Source: a virus (lineage: Duplodnaviria > Caudoviricetes). Taken from it: a stretch of DNA of 25,121 bases. Positions 17,554-24,848 of this stretch are shown in pieces; positions within the stretch are counted from its first letter, which is position 1, and each line of letters begins with the position of its first letter. The notes under the pieces are model-generated. The model had not been told where the DNA came from, did no database searches, and saw nothing but the letters and a program-made list of their open reading frames with translations. The stretch spans positions 1 to 25,121 of IMG/VR virus record IMGVR_UViG_3300027977_000190; one strand, given 5' to 3'. The position numbers and the translations under genes were made by a program.

Positions 17554-20340
17554 TTAAAATTGAATATTGTCAGTAGATTGAATACCAGAAAATATAAATG
17601 GTAATTTAAAATTATTATTTAAATTAGATGTATAAACTTGAAGATCACCACTAAATATAGGATTTGTTGTTTGGGTATAATTTCCAGTACTTTCTAAATA
17701 ATTTTGTCCAGTAAATATTTTTACTGGTAATCCTAGAGTGTAACTCCCACCTGTAACGCCTAGATATAGGTTAATATTATTTGATATTGTATTTGGAACT
17801 GTGAATACATTAAAATTAACTCTTGAGTTGCCTGTCGTCAAGTATAATCGTGCGTAATTATTAAAATAATATAAATTAGATTGATTATATAATTCTGATC
17901 CTGTCCAAAAAGCTAAACCTAATTTATTAATAGTTGAATCATTTATATTTGTAACGTTAGAAAATACATATGATTTATTTTTTTCTAAAACTATATTTTT
18001 CATTAATTGATAATTTTTATTATCTATTGTATAAGTTGGAAAAGATGGCAATATAGAATATCCAGTAATTATAGTTTCAGTGCAAAGTGTTTCAGTTAAT
18101 TGTTTTGACTTGCATCGGATTGTTCTTCTCAGAGTCAATGGAAGTTCTGTGGAGTCAAAAGAATAAGTTATAAAATTATATTCTTGAAATTGACCTGTTA
18201 AATTTATCCCAGTAGTAGTTGTTATTGTTTTACTAGCGTTTCCAATGATGTTAAAATATCCACTATATACTCCTCCAGCTGTCCATATTATTTTGTCTGA
18301 GGTATTTGAATTTGGATTAAACTCTATTAATCTATAATTATTTAAAACTTTTTTATTATACTCTGGTTCAAAAATTCTAGTTTGATCTGCTTTTATTTCA
18401 AATGGGTTTGAATTTCCAGAATTAATTTGTAAAAATCTATATTTTTTGCCTCTAAATAAATTAAGAATTCCGCTGGAGTTATTGAATTGAATGTTTCCAT
18501 TTTCGAATTTAACTGTAAAATTAGCCCCAGTAATATTAGGTTTTGGAGGAAGCATTAAATCTGTATTTAAAGTAAATCTTAAATCTTGTTGTATTGCACC
18601 AGAAATTGGATTAAATTGTTTTCCTGTAAAAAATCCACTAAAACCAGAGATCCATCTAAATATTTGAGTTGCAGAATTTAAAGGTACAAGCCATGGAACA
18701 TTAGTAGAAGTATTGTAATAAATTTCTCCTTGTTTTAATGGATATATAGTTTTTATGTCTTTGAAAATTCCAGTAGAAGAATATTCGTTTAATTTATATA
18801 TTTTTTTATTTAAATCATTTTTAATGATTGGATTTTCTAAAATTCCACCTGTAGCATAAAGAGTTAAACCGAAATTTTTATTATTTTTATTAATAATTCC
18901 TGAATTATAAAACTGACAAATTTTTCCTTTTAAAATATATGGTGTATATCTACCGCTAGAAAAATCATATAAATAATCATCAGAAAAAATATTAGTATTA
19001 TTAAAATTAATATTTAAATTAACTGGTATTTCAAATCTTTGACTTTTTAAGCCAGTTATATCTGGTAATAAATTTTCTCCAGTAGCTCTATAAATATATA
19101 AGGTTTCATTTTTTGTTATTAAGTTTGAATTAATATTTCCAGTAATATTTTTTGTATTAATTTTTATCTTAAAATAAGATACTCCATTTTTACCAAGTGA
19201 GTATAAATCAATATTTTTCCCAGAAAGAATACTATTTTGTTCATTTGTCCATTTATAATTATTGCCTATAGTGTTTGGACTTTCTGAAATTTCTTCTATA
19301 ATTTGAGCATCAGATTTACCAAAATAAAATTTTTGAGTTATTACTCCTGTGTTATAAATATAAAAATCTTTAATAAAAAATTGAGGATAAGTTCCAGAAC
19401 AGGCGATATTAAAACCAGAATTTATATTAGATAAATTACCAGTTATATTTGCTGCATATAAGCTTCCCCATCCTAAAGTATTTGGAGTATTAGTCAAAAT
19501 TGGCGTATATTTAACATTTAAATTTCCAGTATAAAAAAATACATTATATCTTGGTTGATTTGGAGACTCTTCTATTTTACCAAAAATTTTATCAGAAGCA
19601 GTATTTATATTTTTTCTTTTATTGGATTTATTTCTATCTGTTATAAGTAATACTCTGTAATCATAGTTATTAATATTATCTTTAGTTAGCCCAGAAAGAA
19701 AGAATATTTTATTATAGCCTACTTTTTCTCCAGTAGCGTAACCCAAAACTTCTCCGCTTGCAACTTGATATCCAGATAATTCAGTTTGAGAGTAAGCTAT
19801 ATTTCCTCCCATATCACCGATTTGAACGCCACTATGATCAAAAATTTCATTAAAATTTTTATAAGGAAATGGTCTTGAGCTCGCTCCTGTGCTAAATGTA
19901 TTCTCGTTAACAAATCCTCCTATAACATAATTTGTTGAATCAATTGTCGTGTTATATCCAGACCAAATTTCATCTATATATAAACCTGTAGATTTTGCAT
20001 TTGTATATGGCAAATTTTCTCTAGAATAATAAATATCATCTATATAAGAAAAAGAAACATCCCCTTCAGCTAATCCTTTTTGAGAAAACCAACCATCTCT
20101 ATACCATTTTCCTAAATAATTTTGTTCTCTTTTTGCTTCTATGCTTTCAAAAAAACGTTGATTTTTTTTCGAAGAACCTTTTAAAATAAATCCTAAATTA
20201 TCTGCTTGATTTATTTTATTTTTAAAATCAGATTTTATTAAATTTAAATTTCCGTTTTCAACAAAAACATCGCCTTTTAATGCTATAAAATCATTAATTA
20301 ATCCTGCGGAAATATTTCCTGTTATTCCAAGTCTTTTCAT
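17554..20340 (-). CDS. Large N/T/S/G-rich virion protein (fibre/baseplate-like, hypothetical)
   Basis: 928-aa ORF with beta-rich composition. LNLFRGKKYRF and IVLEKNKSYVF segments recall repeated cupredoxin-like virion domains. Confidence 0.6.
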   Translation of the reverse strand: MKRLGITGNISAGLINDFIALKGDVFVENGNLNLIKSDFKNKINQADNLGFILKGSSKKNQRFFESIEAKREQNYLGKWYRDGWFSQKGLAEGDVSFSYIDDIYYSRENLPYTNAKSTGLYIDEIWSGYNTTIDSTNYVIGGFVNENTFSTGASSRPFPYKNFNEIFDHSGVQIGDMGGNIAYSQTELSGYQVASGEVLGYATGEKVGYNKIFFLSGLTKDNINNYDYRVLLITDRNKSNKRKNINTASDKIFGKIEESPNQPRYNVFFYTGNLNVKYTPILTNTPNTLGWGSLYAANITGNLSNINSGFNIACSGTYPQFFIKDFYIYNTGVITQKFYFGKSDAQIIEEISESPNTIGNNYKWTNEQNSILSGKNIDLYSLGKNGVSYFKIKINTKNITGNINSNLITKNETLYIYRATGENLLPDITGLKSQRFEIPVNLNINFNNTNIFSDDYLYDFSSGRYTPYILKGKICQFYNSGIINKNNKNFGLTLYATGGILENPIIKNDLNKKIYKLNEYSSTGIFKDIKTIYPLKQGEIYYNTSTNVPWLVPLNSATQIFRWISGFSGFFTGKQFNPISGAIQQDLRFTLNTDLMLPPKPNITGANFTVKFENGNIQFNNSSGILNLFRGKKYRFLQINSGNSNPFEIKADQTRIFEPEYNKKVLNNYRLIEFNPNSNTSDKIIWTAGGVYSGYFNIIGNASKTITTTTGINLTGQFQEYNFITYSFDSTELPLTLRRTIRCKSKQLTETLCTETIITGYSILPSFPTYTIDNKNYQLMKNIVLEKNKSYVFSNVTNINDSTINKLGLAFWTGSELYNQSNLYYFNNYARLYLTTGNSRVNFNVFTVPNTISNNINLYLGVTGGSYTLGLPVKIFTGQNYLESTGNYTQTTNPIFSGDLQVYTSNLNNNFKLPFIFSGIQSTDNIQF

Positions 20341-20479
20341 GAATTTAGCCGTGCTTAATTATAACTGCAGCAGTGTTTTTAAAACAACAAGTAATGACTT
20401 AAACTAGATGGTGTTACGGGTCGCTACTCTATTTTTATGTTTCTCTAAACGGCGCTGATTGGTGTTAAAACTAATGCTC

Positions 20480-20714
20480 CATTTTGTTCGTTCTTTTAAT
20501 TTTTAATTTAAAAGACTCGATATTGCTACCGAGATCGGACTATATCTTGCTTACTAGCTTGAGCTAGTAAGACTGGGCGCTCGTGTCTCTGTTATTGTTG
20601 CGGTAACTCAAGAGTTAGTCTCTACACCTTCATGCTTCGTTTATTTGCCGCGAAGCAAGCTTGGCTCGGTATAATCCACTTGGGACTTCCACCGAATTCA
20701 CCCAGTATGGCCAA
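20480..20714 (-). ncRNA. Group I intron ribozyme core, subgroup IA-like
   Basis: Minus strand: P3 CUGGGUG(20705-20699)/CGCCCAG(20579-20573); P4 UUCGGU/ACCGAG; P5 GUCC/GGAU; P6 region GCCAAGC...GAAGG with stem GCUUCG/CGAAGC; R element GUAGAGACUA; P7.1 CUCU..GUUA/UAAC-AGAG; P8 CUUACUAGC-UCAA-GCUAGUAAG; S element AAGAUAUAGUCC(20548-20537); P9 CUCGGUA-GCAA-UAUCGAG; P9.1 UCUUUUAA/UUAAAAGA; 3' end GAACAAAAUG (omega-G 20480). Confidence 0.92.
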
Positions 20715-20734
20715 TGTTAAAGAACTATATTTTA

Positions 20735-20740
20735 TTACAC
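20735..20740 (-). promoter_or_regulatory. GTGTAA promoter-like motif upstream of the ribozyme
   Basis: ttacac on +, 3 nt after the phoH stop and 29 nt before P3. Confidence 0.55.
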
Positions 20741-20743
20741 CTA

Positions 20744-21469
20744 TTAATTCAATTCTTCAAATTTTTCAATAATATAAGCTAAAATATCATTTCTCATGAT
20801 GTCACTTGTGCCAAATTTAAAAGTTACAATGCCCTTACTTGCACTTTTTTCATCATCAAAGAGCTGATATATTTTTTCAAATCCACTATTCTTAATATCT
20901 GATTGACGAATATCTCCAATAAATATTAATTTACTAAACTTGCCCATTCTTGTGCTAACTAATAAAAGATCATGAATACTTAAATTTTGAGCTTCGTCAC
21001 AAATGATATAACTAGCATTGATACTAAGTCCTCTTAAAAATCCTAATGGAAGTCCTTTGACTCTTTCTTGCTTTAACAATAATTCTGCTTGACCTTTAGG
21101 TAAAAGTTCATGTAGCTTATCCATTAAAGGTTGTAAATATGGATCTAATTTTTCATGAAGATCGCCTTTTAAAAATCCTAAGTTATGAGTGCTACTTTCT
21201 ACGGGATTACGAATATAAAATATCTCTCCTACCTTCTTATTATTAATTGCATGAAGAGCGCAGTAGACGCTTAGTAGACTTTTGGCTGTTCCTGCTGGGC
21301 CTTTGCAGAACATCATCTTAGTAGATTTATCTTGTAAAATTTGAATAAACTTCTTTTGATTTTCTGTCCAATTGAGATCTCTAATATTCAAGGGTTGTTG
21401 AATTTTATCTCTTTGAGGAACTACTGGCGACTTGTCCTCTTTTTGTTCTTTTCTATGTTTTTTAGACAT
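20744..21469 (-). CDS. phoH: PhoH-family ATPase
   Basis: GPAGTAKS Walker A variant, LGFLKGDL.EKLDPY, FLRGLSI, IICDEAQN, TRMG, GDIRQSD and DIMRN. Confidence 0.95.
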   Translation of the reverse strand: MSKKHRKEQKEDKSPVVPQRDKIQQPLNIRDLNWTENQKKFIQILQDKSTKMMFCKGPAGTAKSLLSVYCALHAINNKKVGEIFYIRNPVESSTHNLGFLKGDLHEKLDPYLQPLMDKLHELLPKGQAELLLKQERVKGLPLGFLRGLSINASYIICDEAQNLSIHDLLLVSTRMGKFSKLIFIGDIRQSDIKNSGFEKIYQLFDDEKSASKGIVTFKFGTSDIMRNDILAYIIEKFEELN

Positions 21470-21484
21470 GAGGTTTCCATAATG

Positions 21485-21514
21485 GTTTACACTATATTTT
21501 AATTAAGTGTAAAT
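21485..21514. promoter_or_regulatory. Back-to-back divergent GTGTAA motifs
   Basis: ttacac at 21487-21492 (17 nt before the phoH ATG) and gtgtaa at 21507-21512 (11 nt before GTG 21524). Confidence 0.65.
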
Positions 21515-21523
21515 AAAAGAACT

Positions 21524-22162
21524 GTGGCATACTTAAACGCTAATATACCTCCAATCGAATGCTATGTTAGAGGAAACTTCTTAAGAAATCAAGAAGACAG
21601 TCACGATAAATATTTTCATTGTATAGTTTTTGGGGTTGCTTCCTTACCAAATAGATCTCCTCTATTTCATTTTATGATGCAAGATGGAGGTTTATGGTGG
21701 AGAGCACCAATAAGCGCTTTCTGCACAAAAGAAGGAGTCCCTGAAGAAGATTTGCATCAATTAGTTTTATGGGATAGTTTTAGTTATTACATTAGCGTTA
21801 ATCAATTTTATGCTTTAAAAAATGCTAAAATGCAATATTTAGATCGTGGTGGAAACAAAAAACTTGGGCGATATCTTTTTACTTTAGATTGGGCTCATCC
21901 AGAATTAAATGAAACTAATTTTGGTTATAGTGAAACACCAAATGAACATAAATGCGGACACGTATTAGAATTAGATAACGGTAATTACGCAATACAACCG
22001 AATAACAGAATGAAAATTTTTGATGCTAGTTTCGTAACAAAACCAAACGAAACTCTCATTCAAAGAAAAGTAAATGATTATATTTTTACTGTAGAAGATA
22101 ACCCCAAATGGGTTACAGAAGACAGTGATAATTATGATTATAAAGTCCAGGAGATAAAATGA
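21524..22162 (+). CDS. Conserved phage hypothetical protein
   Basis: 212 aa with GTG start. MAYLNANIPP...YLFTLDW...EHKCGH...QPNNR resembles a family common in aquatic phages; function unknown to me. Confidence 0.75.
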   Translation: MAYLNANIPPIECYVRGNFLRNQEDSHDKYFHCIVFGVASLPNRSPLFHFMMQDGGLWWRAPISAFCTKEGVPEEDLHQLVLWDSFSYYISVNQFYALKNAKMQYLDRGGNKKLGRYLFTLDWAHPELNETNFGYSETPNEHKCGHVLELDNGNYAIQPNNRMKIFDASFVTKPNETLIQRKVNDYIFTVEDNPKWVTEDSDNYDYKVQEIK

Positions 22163-22440
22163 ATAAAACTATAAAAATAACACAACAAAATATATTTGAA
22201 GCAGAAATAGCTAACCCTCAAAATTGCGCAATAGCTAGAGCAATAAAAAGAAATATGAAAGGCAAATTAATGAGTATCTCTGTATTGGCTTCTCATGTGG
22301 CATTAAGAATGGATAATAAAATGTTCATTGCTAAAATGCCAAAATCTGGCGCAAGTTTTATTAAGAGGTTTGATCATAGACAACCAGTAAATCCTTTTGA
22401 ATTAAATTTAAATTTTAAAAAAGGTTATTCTTTAGTCTAA
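22159..22440 (+). CDS. Hypothetical protein
   Basis: 93 aa, ATGA-coupled to the upstream gene, CAIARAI motif. Confidence 0.7.
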   Translation: MNKTIKITQQNIFEAEIANPQNCAIARAIKRNMKGKLMSISVLASHVALRMDNKMFIAKMPKSGASFIKRFDHRQPVNPFELNLNFKKGYSLV

Positions 22441-23421
22441 ATTACATTTTAAATTTGGATCTGCTAGATCTGGATTGTGCACTTTTTTAGTACCCCTTTT
22501 ATAGTCGGTATATATATTTTTTATTATCTCTACTGGTTTTTCGATTATCTTTTCTACTTCTACTATTTTTTCTACAGTTGTATCGTTTGATTTTCTATTA
22601 GAAGCTATATTATAAGCTAATACAAGAGATACCGCTAAGGGATCAAATACTACTACAATAAATAAAATAAACCATTTAACTATTGTTTCTATATCTACGT
22701 TAAAAGCTTTGGCGATGAATTTATATGTGCCAATATCTGATTTTGTTATTTGTTTATTCAAAGAGATAATAGAGTTATCAAGAGTATTAATTTCTGTTAA
22801 TAATGAAGTATTAGTATTGTTAATTTTTTCTATATTAGACTCTAATGAAGAGATATTAGATTGCATGCCTTCTAATGATTTAGACTTTAGTTCTACTGAT
22901 TTTTTATCTATTACTTTTTCTTGAGTATCTTTACCAAACAAACCGCCAGATTTGTTTACTGTTGTAGTCGTGGACTGATCTAGTACTTTAGTAAGATTAT
23001 TCTCTTGATTTTTACGGGTATCTGTTAAGGTTTGGACTCTTTCATTATTAGAAGTTATTTGAGAGCTTAATGAACTCTTTTTATTTTCTAATAAGGTTAA
23101 TTCGGATTGTATTGAATCTAAATCGCTTTTTGTTGAATAGAACGCTTGACTTAGAAAGCCAAAGACTCCAAGGCTGGTTATACCCATTAATACTAAAATC
23201 GCACAAGTTAAATAAATTTTTAATAGTTTATTAATTTTATTCCAATAGCGATATAAAAAACTAGTTGCCATTACCTTACCAAACTCTAAACTGCTAGCCA
23301 TTAAAATCGTAGCATAAAAACTACCAGAGAATAATAGTCCTATGCCTTTAACAGAGAAAAAGGCTCCACAAGATGCTACAAAGAATGCACTAAATCCTAA
23401 TAGTATGGTAAATAAGCTCAC
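22432..23421 (-). CDS. Membrane protein with a long coiled coil (DUF4407-like)
   Basis: Three N-terminal TM segments (LEFGK, ITSLGVFGFLS), a coiled coil, and a C-terminal TM with VFDPLA. GTG start 7 nt after GTGTAA. Confidence 0.7.
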   Translation of the reverse strand: MSLFTILLGFSAFFVASCGAFFSVKGIGLLFSGSFYATILMASSLEFGKVMATSFLYRYWNKINKLLKIYLTCAILVLMGITSLGVFGFLSQAFYSTKSDLDSIQSELTLLENKKSSLSSQITSNNERVQTLTDTRKNQENNLTKVLDQSTTTTVNKSGGLFGKDTQEKVIDKKSVELKSKSLEGMQSNISSLESNIEKINNTNTSLLTEINTLDNSIISLNKQITKSDIGTYKFIAKAFNVDIETIVKWFILFIVVVFDPLAVSLVLAYNIASNRKSNDTTVEKIVEVEKIIEKPVEIIKNIYTDYKRGTKKVHNPDLADPNLKCNLD

Positions 23422-23428
23422 TAAGATA

Positions 23429-23434
23429 TTACAC
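23429..23434 (-). promoter_or_regulatory. GTGTAA promoter-like motif
   Basis: ttacac on +; 7 nt upstream of GTG 23421. Confidence 0.6.
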
Positions 23435-23456
23435 GTTTCTTGGCAAGAACTTTTAA

Positions 23457-23648
23457 CTACTTTAACATATCTAATAATTTAATATCTTTTTTAATTAATT
23501 GTTTTTGTTGCTTTTTAAACCTATCTTCTATTGTGTCATCTAAAATAATAGGTTTTGGCCCTCTATTAAAGTCAAATAAAAATAAAAATAATTTAAATGA
23601 ATAGTATATTAATAGAATTTCTAGTAATATAGAAATAAACTGAGCCAT
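23457..23648 (-). CDS. Small membrane protein (hypothetical)
   Basis: ATG at 23648 (MAQFISILLEILLIYY...), one hydrophobic segment and a charged tail; fills the gap between neighbouring genes. Confidence 0.5.
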   Translation of the reverse strand: MAQFISILLEILLIYYSFKLFLFLFDFNRGPKPIILDDTIEDRFKKQQKQLIKKDIKLLDMLK

Positions 23649-23686
23649 GATAGATTTATGATACAATACTTTTAATAATAAGTAAA

Positions 23687-23692
23687 GTGTAA
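23687..23692 (+). promoter_or_regulatory. GTGTAA promoter-like motif
   Basis: 10 nt upstream of the licD ATG 23703. Confidence 0.6.
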
Positions 23693-23702
23693 TTTATATT
23701 AA

Positions 23703-24371
23703 ATGAAATGCAACCAACATTCAAGCAAATGCAGAAATATGTCAAGTCCTTACGGACGAGCATTTGAATTAAAAAAATGCTGTAGAAGAGCACTAATGGA
23801 AATATTTGATAAAATACCTTATATTTTTGAGGGTTCAGATTGGTGGTTAGAGTTTGGAACATTGCTGGGTTTTATAAGGGAAGGAAAAATTATAGATTGG
23901 GATAACGATTTAGATATAGGAGTTATGGAAGAATCAATGACACCAGAAATATTAGAAAAAATAGAAAAAAGATCTGAAGAGTTTGGATTTTATTTTACTA
24001 AAGATTTTCCTAAAATTGGATTTAGAAGACTATATTATAGTAAAACAAATCGTTTATATTGTGATATATGGAGTTTCGAAAAAGATAAAAATAATATGAT
24101 TGATGCGACTTGCAATTGGACACCAGCTATTCATGAAGAAAAATTTACAAAAAATAAAGATACTTTGATAATCAATGATAAGACTTATAATATACCATCT
24201 AATGTAGATGAATTTTTAAATATAAGATATGGATATTGGCAAAATCCTATGAGACAAAAAAAATCTTATAGAGACGGACGTTTGCATATACCTAAATATA
24301 TAAAAGACTTAGATATTAAAAAAATAAACGATCAGACCATATTCAAAAATCCTCCAGAACATAAATACTAA
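23703..24371 (+). CDS. licD: LicD/fukutin-family phosphotransferase
   Basis: WWLEFGTLLGFIREGKIIDWDNDLDIG signature, DIW, and C-terminal P....EFL..RYG.W..P. Confidence 0.9.
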   Translation: MKCNQHSSKCRNMSSPYGRAFELKKCCRRALMEIFDKIPYIFEGSDWWLEFGTLLGFIREGKIIDWDNDLDIGVMEESMTPEILEKIEKRSEEFGFYFTKDFPKIGFRRLYYSKTNRLYCDIWSFEKDKNNMIDATCNWTPAIHEEKFTKNKDTLIINDKTYNIPSNVDEFLNIRYGYWQNPMRQKKSYRDGRLHIPKYIKDLDIKKINDQTIFKNPPEHKY

Positions 24372-24372
24372 A

Positions 24373-24750
24373 ATGAACGTTATAACTTATGGTACTTTTG
24401 ATACTTTTCATTATGGTCACTTAGAAATGTTAAAAAGATGCAAAGAATATGGATCTAAACTTATTGTTGGTGTATCAACTGATGAATTCAATGAAATAAA
24501 AGGTAAAAAAAGTATTTTTAACTTTAATAAAAGAAAAAAATGGGTAGAATCTATTAAATATGTTGATCTTGTTATACCAGAGACTTGCTGGGAACAAAAA
24601 GAAAAAGATATAGAAGAATACAATATAGGCTACTTTATAATTGGAGATGATTGGGCTGGAAAATTTGATAGCTTAAAATGTAAAGTGATATACTTACCTA
24701 GAACAAATAACATTTCTTCTACTAAAATAAAAGAAGTTATTTTTAAATGA
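24373..24750 (+). CDS. tagD: Glycerol-3-phosphate cytidylyltransferase-like (HxGH nucleotidyltransferase)
   Basis: VITYGTFDTFHYGH, LIVGVSTDEFN..KGK, YVDLVIPE, GDDWAGKFD and YLPRT..ISST. Confidence 0.9.
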   Translation: MNVITYGTFDTFHYGHLEMLKRCKEYGSKLIVGVSTDEFNEIKGKKSIFNFNKRKKWVESIKYVDLVIPETCWEQKEKDIEEYNIGYFIIGDDWAGKFDSLKCKVIYLPRTNNISSTKIKEVIFK

Positions 24751-24848
24751 TATATATTTATTCTATGTCCCTATTAGAGGGCCAGCATCTCCGCTTGCAC
24801 TGGATCATCAATATAAACCTTGGGCGCGGGTAATTTTGAAGCTTTTTA

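Noticed and set aside
20341-20482. tmRNA-like signal on + strand (ATAACT-GCA resume-like context, short ORF AAVFLKQQVMT, GCTCCA end)
   Set aside because: No GGGG 5' acceptor strand, no TTCRA T-arm and no ALAA-type tag end. The minus-strand ribozyme context explains the region better.
22709-24623. ORFs 22709-22924 (+), 23656-23862 (-) and 24417-24623 (-)
   Set aside because: Antisense to the membrane protein, licD and tagD genes, with no independent support.
24748-24833. Hammerhead/twister ribozyme or 28-aa ATGA-coupled peptide after tagD
   Set aside because: TGATGA is present on the minus strand but lacks the preceding C and the GAAA partner, and the twister core is not matched. The peptide has no support beyond the overlap.
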